A stretch of 59,078 bases of DNA, filler included, from Sphacelaria rigidula (lineage: Eukaryota), in NCBI GenBank assembly GCA_964200075.2. It is 9 parts of 9 records of this genome, joined end to end, with 100 filler letters (N's around TTAATTAATTAA, not from the genome) between each part and the next. Parts side by side here need not be neighbours in the genome. Positions count along the whole stretch, not along the records: positions 32,879 to 39,353 come from CAXNAA020019862.1; positions 39,454 to 45,928 come from CAXNAA020019863.1; positions 46,029 to 52,503 come from CAXNAA020019864.1; 6 more parts are not named here. One strand, given 5' to 3'. How positions within the stretch are numbered: position 1 is the stretch's first letter; every line of letters starts with the position of its first letter. The notes under the pieces are model-generated. The model had not been told where the DNA came from. It ran no database searches and saw only the letters and a list, made by a program, of their open reading frames with translations. The position numbers and the translations under genes were made by a program. Below, one piece after another: positions 36,455 through 48,740 of the stretch.

Positions 36455-37023
36455 GCCTGGCCCGGCGAGTACCCGGCGTGCTCCGTCCCGGCTTTGTAGG
36501 GACGGAACCCTTATCGGGTGGGCGTCGGTTGGCGATGACGCCGTAAAACACGCCACTCACTGCGTGAGCCAGGCAACCAGGTTACCATTTTTTTTGCGCG
36601 CTTGCGGTTTTTTTGCGGTAACCATGATGGCGGTCGAGCTAGATCATATTGCGCGGCGTGGAAGAACCTCAACTCCTCGCAAAGGAGATGATCGCACTAC
36701 GTGGTGTTTGAATGGTCAGACACCCGTGAGGCAATGTATAAGACATGGCTGTCTCTGGAAGTGGCGATACCAGAAAGTAAAGCAACTCATTGGAGGCTGT
36801 CATCCTCATGTAAGATAATCAGTTGGCTTCTGGCCGAACAGTTTTAGCAGGATGCAGCTCACCTTTCATGCGACTCGCCGAACACACCACGGCGCTTGGC
36901 GCTTGGTGATTGATTGCGAGCCTGGTCCAGCGAAAATCCAGCGTCCTCCTGCCCGGCTTTGTAGGGATGCGAGGTCAATGGTCTGATGACTACGGCATGC
37001 AAGATCACGAGTACGCCCCCCCT
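36455..37023 (+). repeat. Dispersed repeat module B, most complete copy
   Basis: A ~47-bp direct repeat at 36455-36501 and 36919-36968 encloses the body, followed by the ~55-bp terminus ending gagtacgccccccc. Confidence 0.88.
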
Positions 37024-37261
37024 GCGCCTGACATTCGACTTGAAAAATCTCCGACAAACACGCATGGTTGATCTAGGGTCCTTATATCGATTGACTCGGT
37101 AGCCCGCACCCCCCCTTCCCTCTCAAGAACCCCTGGCCGACCTTCACGTCCAGGACTGTCACCGGGCGGTTCTCTTCTGAGACGAGAGTCGCAGTCGAAT
37201 GGTCAAGTCTCATGATACTTATCCTTGCGATCTGGTGTGTGTACGCAGGTGTTCTCCTTTT

Positions 37262-37332
37262 GCGCATGTCACCACGGCTGGATCCTGGGGATCAATTGGA
37301 GTGCGATAATCAATCAATCAATCGATCAATCA
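37262..37332 (+). mobile_element. Very short non-LTR 3' end with (ATCA)n tail
   Basis: catgtcaccacggctggatcctggggatc...aatcaatcaatcaatcgatcaatca. Confidence 0.55.
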
Positions 37333-37416
37333 CTCGATTATTTGTGGCTTGTACAGTTTTTGTCGTATTTCTTCTCCACGCATAAACGTGTCGAACTGCC
37401 TGTCTTTTTGTTGCAG

Positions 37417-37551
37417 GACCTGCGCCGGGCGAAGCAGGGCTGGCTGTCCAGCGACAGCAACCTCTTCTGCGAGTTGACCCTCGGCGACGAAGAGCCCCAG
37501 TACACTGCCTTCAGGAGCTCAAGCAACCCCGTCTGGGACAATTCCCTCGAG
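37417..37551 (+). CDS. C2-domain protein, internal exon
   Basis: ttgttgcag|GACCTG...CTCGAG|gtgaat. Encodes DLRRAKQGWLSSDSNLFCELTLGDEEPQYTAFRSSSNPVWDNSLE (C2 S..FC.L.L...T.....NPVW motif). Confidence 0.85.
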
Positions 37552-38382
37552 GTGAATTGAGATGTGGAGTGCGATGTAGAGTGATCGTAGTACCCGTGTC
37601 GGGAATCTAGAGTTACGTCACAGAACAGGCGCCGTGCCCCGACGTTCACCTCGGTATAACGTCGGCCAGTTTGGGCTGAGTGGTGATTTATGATCCCGAC
37701 GTGAATCCTGTATTTCGCTGGATTCTGTCATGGAGAGCATGAAAATGTCTGCTAGCAAAGAAAAGCGATGGAAGTCAGTGGGCTATGGAAGTGCCGATGC
37801 AATGTTTGCTACTACGAAGTATATTTTGGAGCAAAAAGCCGGTGAGAAATGGACCTATCCCTTAAGAGTACGTGAAGTACACACTTGTCCCGAGGAGGGG
37901 GAGGAGGTCTCAAGCACTCAGAAGAAACGATTAAAAAAAAGTCAGGGAGTTTCGTTAGGAAGAGATGGTCATTCAGGTAAAGTCGGACAAGCTTTAACGA
38001 AATGCACGTGAGTCGTGGTGAACTGCGTGAAACTCCTTCGGACATTTTTTTGAACTATCCCTTTCATCGAAGATATTTTTTTGTGTCGACAATACTTTGG
38101 ACTTTCACACGTCTCGCCAGAAGTTTCAGCCCTCCCGACCGAGCATTCGATATGTCATGTGTAAAAAAAAAAAAACGTGATGTATTCCTAATGTACCGCG
38201 GGAGAGATGAACTGTTCCCTTGAGACCACGGACTCGTCCCAAGGATGGTGAGGAGTTCGAAGTGAGGAAAGAAGAAGAAAAAGTCCTCACTCTTGCCCAT
38301 TTATGTGCTGAACTATACCTCCGTCCCCACCTTCTCCCGTTTCCCCTGCAACCAATGCCGCATGACGCACAACGGACAACAG

Positions 38383-38703
38383 TTTAGGGATCCCGGAGCC
38401 GGGCTGAACAAGGTGCTCACCATCGTATGCTACTCCAGCCTAGTCGCTTCTCCCTCCCAGTCGAACCTCACCGACACGGCTGCTCCCGTCGCGCCTACTT
38501 CGGGTTACATAGCGGGCGACAAGAACAGCAACAGTGCGGGAGCCAGACCCGACGGCAGTGATGGAGGCGGCGGCGGCGGCAGTGACGATGTTCGCTCCGA
38601 AGCGTCGACGATTGAGGTCGGAAGGGCGGAGGTGACCTTGGAAGTTGCTGCCGGGGGCGCAGAACGAATGGAGGTGCATCTGATGCGCAGGAGCGACGAC
38701 ACG
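38383..38703 (+). CDS. C2-domain protein, internal exon with low-complexity loop
   Basis: caacag|TTTAGG...GACACG|gtgcgg. Encodes FRDPGAGLNKVLTIVCY...EVGRAEVTLEV...MEVHL, continuing the C2 strands in phase 0. Confidence 0.78.
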
Positions 38704-39093
38704 GTGCGGTTGAATTCCTGTTTGTTTTGTGTGTTGGAGAGGAGGCGGGGATGGTGTCACGAACTGAGCAGCAGTGGTTTCAGAAATGGAAAGAGGGCGT
38801 CGTCCGTGGTGTCTCCAACGCGTTTTTCGATCCCTCGCTGCTTCCGTTGTCGTTGTCATGGTTCATTGTTGTTGCTGTTGTTGCTGTTGTTGTTGTTGCT
38901 CTGTCATTATCGTGGCCGCCAGGGGGTGTCCGCCGCCTCCAGTCTCGTGGTGAACATGTGTGAAGTATTTTGCTCGCCGTTGTGATTGTTGTTTCGTCAT
39001 TCGTCAGCATTATTACATGTGTCGGTTATCGTTGACGTCTAACTCCCCCGGGCGGATGACCCCCCTCTTGGCGCGCGCAACGACTTTACTCAG

Positions 39094-39144
39094 AGAACCA
39101 TCGAACCAGGTGGAAGCATCATGCTGGGCATCGTGCACATGCAG
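39094..39144 (+). CDS. C2-domain protein, short exon (last C2 strand)
   Basis: ttactcag|AGAACC...ATGCAG|gtaatt. Encodes RTIEPGGSIMLGIVHMQ (G.I.L.I strand), phase 0 on both sides. Confidence 0.65.
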
Positions 39145-39353
39145 GTAATTCGAGCTTGTTTACTTGCTCCTACAGCTGGTCATTTTGTCCTCTGGCGCTT
39201 CTCAAAGAATTTGTAGCGTAGAACTGTGCTGTACACTGTATGTGCTGACGCGGGCGGAAGGGGGGTGTACTATGGAAGGGGGGGGGGGGGGGGGGGTGCG
39301 TGCGCGCATGCGCGAAGAACCCCCATGTGGGGGGGGTTTTTGCGGGGGTCAAA

Positions 39354-39453
39354 NNNNNNNNNNNNNNNNNNNNNNNNNNNNNNNNNNNNNNNNNNNNTTA
39401 ATTAATTAANNNNNNNNNNNNNNNNNNNNNNNNNNNNNNNNNNNNNNNNNNNN
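39354..39453. other. Artificial contig linker
   Basis: N44-TTAATTAATTAA-N44. Confidence 0.98.
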
Positions 39454-39784
39454 TAAGGCAAGCAACAAATGAGTATGCCCCCCCCCCCCTCCTAGTTCTG
39501 TACGCGGCGTTATACGAAGGTGGCATGAACTCGTTCGATGCATTAGACAGTAGCGAGAAAAAGATGGCTATACTGGGAGATAGATGGTAGCCACAGACGG
39601 CGAAACAGGACGGGGATGAGATATGTAAAAGGGTTTTGTGAAATGTATGGAAGAAACATAATGAGCGTCGGAATGTTGGAGGTGTCTCTACTCGAAGTAG
39701 GAACGGTGCTCCGTCTCAAAGGGGATGCGTGGTCGATGGTCTCACGACTAAGGCAAGCAACAAATGAGTACGCCTGCCCCCCCC
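39454..39784 (+). repeat. Dispersed repeat module A, two copies in tandem
   Basis: taaggcaagcaacaaatgagta.gcc plus a C-run at 39454-39490 and 39749-39784, each followed by ctagtt.tgta. Confidence 0.85.
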
Positions 39785-40162
39785 TAGTTTTGTATGAGCA
39801 ATACCCTCGAGCAGAACTACTTAAGAAAAGTCGTCGAAAATCCTACGCTTGAGAAGGAGTTTTCAGCCACTCCAATCAATCCGGACAAAATGCGAGTACC
39901 GCATGTAAAAACAGTACGTTACGAGAACTCCCTCCACCACGACCTAGCCGTTGGCGTTCTTCGGGAAAACCCAGGCGCCCTCAGTGTCTGAGCCACCACG
40001 TATCGAGGCAGCACCCGCAAGCTGGAGGATATTAGTATGCTGTAGCGTAGGCTTGAACGCTGCACACGGAAAGCCCAGCCCCGCCTAGCAAACCGCAGGA
40101 CAGCACAATAATAATAGCTGTTGCACAAGGTTAGAAGTGAAAGTCATGCAGAGCTTCGTGCG

Positions 40163-40567
40163 GGGAGGGGGCGTACTCATTTGTTGCTTGCCTTGGTCAT
40201 TTGACCGTTAATCACGCATGTATTTCTACACGGAAGAGCCCTTCATGCGGGGAGGGGTGTACTCATGTTCATGCATGCCATAGTCATAAGACCATTGACC
40301 TCGCATCCCTACGAAGCCGGGACGGAGCACGCCGGGTTTTGGTCGGACCAGGCTCGCACTCAAACCACCAAGCGCGAAGCGCCGTGGTGTGTTCGGCGAG
40401 TTGCATGAAGGGTGGGTGAGCTACACCCTGCTAAGATTATTCGGCCCGAAGCCTACTGAGTATCTTGCATTTGGACGACAGCATCCGATAAATTGCTTTG
40501 TTCTGTGGCATCGCCACTTCCAGAGACAGCCACGTCTTATATACACTGCCTCATGGGTGTCTCACCA
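40163..40567 (-). repeat. Dispersed repeat modules B (40248-40567) and A end (40163-40225)
   Basis: Reverse complements of the 36720-37023 and 32245-32300 sequences. Confidence 0.85.
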
Positions 40568-41106
40568 CCATGCGGAGAGGGGAGGGTGGAACTATTTTTC
40601 AATCGTCCCTGGGGGACGGGGGGAGGGACGGGGTGGGGTGGGCAGGGAAGTGCGAATGGTCTTGTCCTATATTGCTTGTTTTTGTTTTTCTTAAACCAGT
40701 ATCGCCTCCAGGGCATCATCTTGCGCTTTGCAAACGTAACGGAATGGTCTTCATCGTGAGGCAATCTATCGGCGGGTTGTACGGTACTGCTGGAAGCGTG
40801 TCCCACCAGTGCGAAGGTTTCCGTCCGCGAACCCTGCATCGGTGCTTGATCCTATCTGTATCGTGTGTATGGGGACAGGGGGTCTGTGACACCGCAATTT
40901 CGGCTCCTATGAATACGCGGTGATGATCGAAGCAACGCAAGCCTTCGGAAGTGGAAGGGAATCAAGGTCTGAATCCTGAATCGAGTCAAAACACCACACG
41001 TTTCATCGGCGTTCGGCATTCTCTCTTCTGATGTTTACGATGCGAAGTACGCGCGGATATGATAATTGCGATTATACGGTGAATAACCGGGAGATGTGCA
41101 TAAATG

Positions 41107-42490
41107 CAAGGGTAGGTCGAGTAGAGTATGTACTTTTGAGTACTCGAGTAAAATACTCAAGTATTTAATCTACTCGACGTTTGAGTAGGTCGAGTACGGC
41201 CTCCAATACTCTACTCCAACTTTGAGTCGGTCGAGTACGACCTCAAATACTCTACTCGAATATTGAGTAAGCACTCTCAGTAATACTTGAGCATAGAGTA
41301 TCACTTGAGTACGACCTCAAATGCTCTACTCAATTTTTGAGTAGATTCAGTATGGTCTCAAATACTCTACTCAAATTTCGAGTAAGCACTCTCGGTAATA
41401 CTTGAGTATAGAGTATCACTTGAGTATGACCTCAATAATCAAATTTGGAGTACGTCGAGTATGGCCTCAAATACTCTACTCAAATTTTGAGTAGGTCGAG
41501 TACGGCCTCCAATATTCTACTCTAACTTTGAGTCGGTCGAGTACGACCTCAAATACTCTACTCAAATATTGAGAAGTACTCTCAGTAATACTTGAGCATA
41601 GAGTCTAATTTGAGTATGACTTCAATACTCTACTCAATTTTTTAGTAGGTCGAGTACGACCTCAAAATGCTCTACTCAATTTTTGAGTAGATTCAGTATG
41701 GTCTCAAATACTCTACTCAAATTTCGAGTAAGCACTCTCGGTAATACTTGAGTATAGAGTATCACTTGAGTATGACCTCAATAATCAAATTTGGAGTACG
41801 TCGAGTACGGCCTCAAATACTCTACTCAAATTTTGAGTAGGTCGAGTACGGCCTCCAATATTCTACTCAAATATTGAGTAAGCACTCTCGGTAGTACTTG
41901 AGCATAGAGTATCACTTGGGTAAAGTGAATATCCCTGACAGTCGGCGACATCGTGACGTCACCTCGCAGACTGTTGAATACATGGGCGAACGATGGTAGA
42001 AAATTGGATGGGCGACGTTACATCATAGCCAAGAAGAAGTATGAGCGATTGATGGCCATAAAAAATTATAAAAAGCGTGCAGGTGAATAAACCTACCTGC
42101 CCCAGCGCTGCATCTCACCAGCCGGTTTGGTATGGAAACGATAATTTAATCAAGGATAGGTCGAGTAGAGTATGTACTTTTGAGTACTCGAGTAAAATAC
42201 TCAAGTATTTATTCTACTCGACGTTTGAGTAGGTCGAGTACGACCTCAAATACTTTACTCAAGTTGTGAGTACGTTGAGTACGGCCTCCAATACTCGACT
42301 TAAATTTTGAGTAGGTCGAGTACGACCTCCAATGCTTACTCAAATATGGAGGAAGCACTCTCAGTAATACTTGAGTATAGAGTATCACTTGAGTAGTATG
42401 ACCTCAATACTCAACTCAATTTTTGAGTACAAAAAGTGTTACTCTTCAAAAATACTGAGTATTGAGTATACTCTACTCGACCTACTCTTG
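41107..42490. mobile_element. Composite non-autonomous TIR element with internal GAGTA/TACTC satellite
   Basis: TIR CAAGGGTAGGTCGAGTAGAGTAT versus revcomp CAAGAGTAGGTCGAGTAGAGTAT. Perfect TSD CATAAATG at 41099-41106 and 42491-42498. A second left end lies at 42151. Confidence 0.92.
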
Positions 42491-44584
42491 CATAAATGGT
42501 ATGCCTGAGCATGGTGTGTGTGGGGGGAGATTTTTCAAATCACGTTTTTTTTTCCCTCGAAATCATAACACTGCATTCCATCTGCGTACCGTAACTTTTT
42601 TTTTCTCTCTCGTATTGCTTTCAATCTCTGTTTCCCTGTTTTTATTTTTTATTTTTTGTGGAATCAGGTGTACTGTGCCGGCTGCAAGGACTGGGGTGCC
42701 ACATTGGGACGGCGAGGGGAGAGTACTATGAGGTGCAGACCGCAGGTTACGGATATATCACCCTCCCAGGGCGCTAGTAAAACCCCCCCTTACTTTTATA
42801 TTTCTAAGAAGCTGCGGAAGTCACCCCAACGAAACTGGTGTCGGCGGAAATATTTCGACGAGACGGGCAGAACCTATCCTGCAGTAGTGCGGTATACCGT
42901 TCCGAAATAAAATCGAGGCTCATAGCGAACGTCGAGGCTTCTTTCAAGAAGCCTTTCGTATGCCCGTGTGTGGCGGAGCTTCTCCCTGTGCTACGGGGTA
43001 TAGTATTGAGCGATGGCTTGTGGGCGGGGTTGGGCACCGGAGGTCGGAGAAGTCGCCACCCGTGGCGTACACTGGATAGCCGACACACGGGGATTGTATC
43101 ACTTGATTATGCATGCTTGACTCTTTCCAGCGGGTTTATCCTCGTTTGGAAAATGGCAGGTGCGGTTGCGGCAACGTATTCTGCCAGAGCAGATGCCCGT
43201 GTTGCGGACGCTGGAACACGTTTAATGGCGAAACGCAAGGCTCCAAAACACGATCATGTGGCCATTGCGCCGAGACGTTCCACGAGGCCTATTGCCCCAC
43301 CTGCCGCCGGTGAGACAGCGACAAAGAGAAAGAAACGAGGACAGAGGCAGGGTCAGAGGTTGGGACAGGGACAGGTACGGGGGACGAGGCAAGGGTAGAC
43401 AGAGAGAGACATGGAGAGATAGTGAGAGAGAGCTTGGGGAGATTTTTAAAGAGATTCGATGTCGATGTTTATTGAGATAACATCTCAATATTCGTGCACT
43501 AGTAATGTTTTTGACAACGACCACAAGCAAGTGCATGTGTATGCAATACATTCAAGCGACATCTAATGTAGTATCGTGGGGGTACTTACTGGTCGCGACC
43601 GTGGAAGAAGCATAATTGCCGGGTAACCTATACGTTAGCATTACACACAATCCGCGCATACTGAGAATCCGCGTCACCTACGCAGTTTATGTGGTTGTAG
43701 ATAAATCTATCTGTACATATATATTAGAGAGTTTCGGAAAAAAAAAACAGGCCGGAAAAACTCAGGGATAACTATTGTTTGATTGGATTTTAGTATGAAG
43801 ACGCAAATTATTCCTGAGAGTTTGGCTCAAAATTTTGTTTTCCGGAACTCTCGTGTGTAGCGATCCACACTATCCACTACGCAGTCTTCTCCCCGTAAGA
43901 TGCTGTTTCCTCTCGTATTTTCCAGGCTCATTCCTGAGACCTCCATGTCCTATTTCAACGGTATATTTCAGGCTTGAGCGTCACTCAGGCTTACCTATAA
44001 TAGGGCGAGCGCCGATTGTCTATTATTGTCTGTATCGTGCGATTTGACTGCTTTCAACTTCTGCAAAATGTACAGCATTCGTTTGAGTACGGAGGAGAAA
44101 ATCTACAAAAGCGGATTATGTTCTTGTGTCGACATGTTTGGTGAACCGACGACGGATTCCCACCACGGGGAGACGTCCCAACCGTATCGAAACATGTTTT
44201 CCTTTCCGAAGGATCTGTTTCCATTTTCGTGGCTTCCCTCATGGGCCAAAAGTCTGTGACTGTTTGTTGATGTCGATGTAGGTATGACCCACAAACCACC
44301 AAGAAGACCCTTGGGATACGCCACACGTACTGCTTGACGCCGGATAGATAGACCGTACTCACGCTCGGAGGTTCAACCAGTGGATGTCACCCTACTACCG
44401 AAGACTGTATCGGAATGAACGGTGTTTGTCTTTGTATCATCAAGACCTGTCTGTCATTGTCTCGAATATTGTTCCAACACAAATTCAGCCCGCTCGAAGG
44501 GTGGCCATTAGTTGCCCTTTTTAATGGCCAACGTCATGAAACATACTGTACTGCAGAAGGCATGTCCCAAACGTATATCGCACG

Positions 44585-44640
44585 TACATACATACATACA
44601 TACATACATACATACATACATACATACATACATACATACA
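44585..44640. repeat. (CATA)n microsatellite
   Basis: About 13 consecutive CATA units. Confidence 0.95.
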
Positions 44641-45928
44641 CACATATATATATACATACCGTTTTTTTTTTTAATCGGTACATGTTGAGCCCAAACCCTT
44701 CTCGGGCCGAGTCCGTGCTGGTCGAATGGTCTAATGATCTCAAGGGATCAGCGCAAATCCCTCCCTGTAAACGCCTCCCATGTTATCGCTGAGTGGATAA
44801 TGACTATCAGTACTCCTGTGCCGTGTCGACTTTCGTCAAACGGAGCTCCTCTTGCTACCATACAGTGTCGGCTCCCGTCAAACAAGGCTTTTCTTGCTAC
44901 CCACACGTACATCCTCACGTACGTCTTCACCTCTCCCGCGGCGGAAATCAGCAGTATACATCTCGTCTACTATGGAGGTGGTTCGTGTCGAGAGAGATAC
45001 AACGATAGGGGGTGGGGGAGGGGGGGGGGGAGGGGGATGTACTCATGATCATGCGTGCCGTAGTGGGGGGGGGGGGGGGGGGGCGTTCTCGTGTGTTGCT
45101 TGCCTTAGTCGTTTGGCCATTGTGTGTGGGGGTGGACGTATTTGGTTCCACAAAAACAGGGGGTGGGAGGTGTGCCAGACTACTTAACTTCTGGCGTTGC
45201 GTTTGTATTTGGGTGAAAGTGGTGTCAAGTGGTATGCACGAGTGTGTCTTATTGGTAACAGGCGCCTTCGAACAGACATTGCTGCTTTCAACGACAAATT
45301 GAAGTGGAACTTCGTGCAAGAAATGACCCCAACTACCCTCTCCTCATCGTAGAGCATCACTCCAGATCTTCCCTGCTTTGTCGTATTTTCAACCGACGAC
45401 ATCCTTGCCCCCCCCCCCCGACAAAGTTGCGGCATCAAATGATCGCCTCATGTCTCCCCCCGCAAGTGACTCGCTCCTTACTATCGACAAGTGAGCCCGC
45501 GTGCCCCCTCCCACAGACCGTCGACTTCGTCGTCCAAATGCTTCGATTTTCATTCTCACGCATATGAACGACTAAAACACGAAAGCGAGACCCCACCATC
45601 GAAATCCAAGCCCACGAAATCACCGGGGCGCGGCGGGCGCGGCGACAAACTACAGTAGATATCCATCTTCCTCATTATTGGATCCGGCTTGTTCACACCG
45701 GTCCCGCCGGTCAAGGCGGGCGTTTAGGGCGTGGCCTACACCTGGTCGTACCATATATGCCGCCTTGGAGTCACCACCACACACTTTAGGCTTTCTCCTG
45801 CTGCGCCTTTTCCCCAACCAAAAATACACCGATCATCCCCGCGATCTGTTTTAGAACATTATTGTGGCTTCGCGCGCGGGGGTGTACTCATGATCATGCT
45901 TGCCATAGTCATCAGACCATTGACCTCG

Positions 45929-46028
45929 NNNNNNNNNNNNNNNNNNNNNNNNNNNNNNNNNNNNNNNNNNNNTTAATTAATTAANNNNNNNNNNNNNNNN
46001 NNNNNNNNNNNNNNNNNNNNNNNNNNNN
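45929..46028. other. Artificial contig linker
   Basis: N44-TTAATTAATTAA-N44. Confidence 0.98.
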
Positions 46029-48233
46029 CCGCCTCGAAAGGGTTGCGCGGACAAGGGTCAAATGACTAAGGCAAGCAACAAAGGAGAACGCCCCCCCCCC
46101 CTCCCCCCCTCTCCAAATAAAAAAAAGTCTGAAGCTCATCCACACCCGTTCCAGTCGTACACTTCGCGTACAAAGCACCGTCAGCGAACTTTTCAAATTT
46201 CGTTTGGAATCTGGCATCCACTAACATTGGTTCCCTGTAGTGACGTGACCTCACTTGACCGGTACCTCTCGCGTCTAGCCTCTTTTCCCCCTTCTGGGCT
46301 TACCAGCCAGGCGCAGCCACATGCGTGTTTCGTCACCGCCAGCCCAGCGAAACACAACCAATACACAGCACGCTCGTGTGCCGTGTGTTTGTTGAGTGTG
46401 TGAGTGTTTGTTTTTCAGCACAAGACAGAGGATGATCTCGGTCCGAGAGCAATTTTCTGCTTCGCGCTGATGCCTGCACATTTCTCATGTGACCCTCTCC
46501 CCATACCCGAAACGAAGCCAAATATCTGCCCGCATGCATGCCGCACGTATCGATATGCATACATGTATATATTATAGGTACACATGTACGTTTACTTCGT
46601 ACTATACTTCCTTCACTATTTTCCGAGCCCCTCCACTTCACTGAGACGAATCGATACAGTTGTCTCGAAGAACTAATCAATGGTCCGCCCCTTTCTTGCG
46701 ATCTTGGTCTGGCGAAAACCCGGCGTGCTCCGTCCCGGCTTTGTAGGGATACGAGGTCAATGGTCACATGATTACGATGGCATGCAAAATCATGAGTACC
46801 CCCCCCCCACCCCCACCCCGCCCCTCTCCCTCTTGCTTTCGAGGATTGGGTGAGCTGTCTCACACCCCGCTACGGACTCTCGCCGTCCAATCTAGATTTT
46901 TCTTCTCGCCTTTCTCGTCGCCGCCGCCGACAGGGAGTATAGAATCCCAAGGTCATGTTTTGAAGGGGTTATTACACCTTGGACAATATCATATAGTCAA
47001 CCGTTGCAACAGACAATAATTGTACTGTATGCATGAGGTACAGGCCTTTCGGGACTAATGTAGCCCCACAACTGTCGCGAATCGCAGTGACAACTGTACT
47101 GTTTAAAGTATGGGCTAATTGCACGATTAAAGTCGCCAAACAAATGTCGCAATAGGCCTATATAATTTATGCAGTACATTCCATTGTCTATTGCAACTAT
47201 TGACCATATATTCTTCAAGATGTGAAGGGTATATATACCCGGAGGTGGATGATTCTTGGTTGACCCACCAAACCATACCGGAACGTGTACTGATAATTCC
47301 GGTATATGACTCGGCAGGGAGATGGCGAGAACTGTTCCGAACACTTCACGGTTCGAAAGCGTTTTCAACGATCGCACCTCTTTCTATTACTCATGTAAAT
47401 ACCCTAAATTTATTTTTAGCTGGCATACCCGTACAAAACACAACCTTTGCAAACATTCTTCCCTACCGCACGCACTCCCTTCACACGACCTGAATCTCCA
47501 CGGCTTGACTTTCCCCTGCCCCCGATGGCTCGCTCTCTCGCCCTGAGCTTTTGACAAGAACACGCCTCCATAAATCCAATCCTGTCCGAGCCCCCACCGT
47601 TTAAAAAGACCTCATTGCATCACGAATCAACTTATCGCCAACCTCTCCTCGAACCCTACCAACCCTCCGGAATATCCAACGAACCAAATACCGTTGGCTG
47701 CTCCCCCCCCCCCCCCCCCCCCCGTCCCCCCCCCCCACAGGGGGCCGGGGGCACCGCCACCAACCCAAACGCAACAACAAACAACACCGCCCCCNNNNNN
47801 NNNNCCTCCCTCTCTCAGGCTCTACGTGCCAGTCGCAACCCCCCACCCCCACACAAAAATGGGTTTCCCCCCCCCCCCCCTCCCCTCCCACCGACGCCCT
47901 CCTCGACGACTCTCCGTCTTTTTCTCCTCTGGTCGAGGACAACGACGACGACAACATGACCCTCACCCACTCAATGTGGAAACACAAAATCGACCGCACG
48001 CGTTTCATTATCACAGTATCACGCCATCATTCATTTCATGACATCACGTGTCAACTTCGGTCTCGCTCATCATGACATCACGTGTCAACTTCGGTCTCGC
48101 TCTCACAACCTTCCCGGAAGAACACACACAGCCCCCCCGTTAAAGCACCTCGCGATCACCTCATGGCCGGTCGACCATCATCCGTCATCCTCCATTTTCA
48201 CCGCCGCCATCATCATCATTACAATTGTCAACT

Positions 48234-48506
48234 TCACTTCTTGTACTTTTTCAATCCTCGTTGGCGCTTAGCCTTACCCCTCTCTCGCCGGCGACCTCTC
48301 CTCGTCAACGGCTCGTCGGTCTCCACCGACCCACTACTCCTCGCCCCCGCGATTTCAGATTTGTCTGGCCTTTGCCGCAAACCCAACTTTTCTGTGGTCG
48401 CTAACCACCTCGCGTTGTCACGGTGTCTCAGCGTTTCTAACAAGAAACGCCGTCGCTTCACCAGAGCCACAAGGCCCTTGCGCGATACCGCATCGGTTGG
48501 TGTAGC
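48234..48506 (-). CDS. rpsO: Bacterial-type (organellar) ribosomal protein uS15, last coding exon
   Basis: tttttattacaag|GCTACA...AAGTGA. Encodes ATPTDAVSRKGLVALVKRRRFLLETLRHRDNARWLATTEKLGLR plus a basic tail, matching the uS15 pattern D..SRRGL..MV..RRRLL.YL...D..RY..LI..LGLR. Confidence 0.82.
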   Translation of the reverse strand, partial: ATPTDAVSRKGLVALVKRRRFLLETLRHRDNARWLATTEKLGLRQRPDKSEIAGARSSGSVETDEPLTRRGRRRERGKAKRQRGLKKYKK

Positions 48507-48690
48507 CTTGTAATAAAAATTAAAAGACGAGTCACGAAATTAAAAAGTTCATGATCAAGCAGGAGGCACAAGCAACAAAAAATGAGCACAGCAAAAAGAG
48601 AGGGGGAAGGGGGATTGGTAAAGGGTTAAGGGAGGGAAAAAATAAAGAATAAAAATAAATGAAAATAACAAGAACAAAAATAAGGATGAT

Positions 48691-48740
48691 GATCAAAGCT
48701 ACGAGGGGGCCTAGCGTGACACCGCATCGGTTGGTGTCGC
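48691..48740 (-). pseudogene. Diverged partial duplicate of the uS15 last exon, with acceptor and premature stop
   Basis: ttttcattcaag|GCG ACA CCA ACC GAT GCG GTG TCA CGC TAG (ATPTDAVSR*), then CTC GTA GCT TTG ATC (LVALI) out of frame. Confidence 0.75.

Noticed and set aside
36960..37023. Hammerhead or HDV-like ribozyme in the shared repeat terminus (CTGATGA present)
   Set aside because: No downstream GAAA core or stems II/III, CTGATGA is not conserved in most copies, and no HDV-type pseudoknot could be built by eye.
41107..42490. Regular palindromic repeats resembling a CRISPR array
   Set aside because: There are no unique spacers between constant repeats and no cas genes, the context is eukaryotic, and the array sits inside TIRs with an 8-bp TSD.
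42838..43398. 186-aa ORF with basic C-terminus
   Set aside because: No recognisable domain, and it ends in GA-rich low-complexity sequence.
48466..48526. Stem-loop plus A-rich tail read as a LINE 3' end (repeated at 48700-48756)
   Set aside because: It is better explained as the minus-strand polypyrimidine tract, acceptor and uS15 exon.
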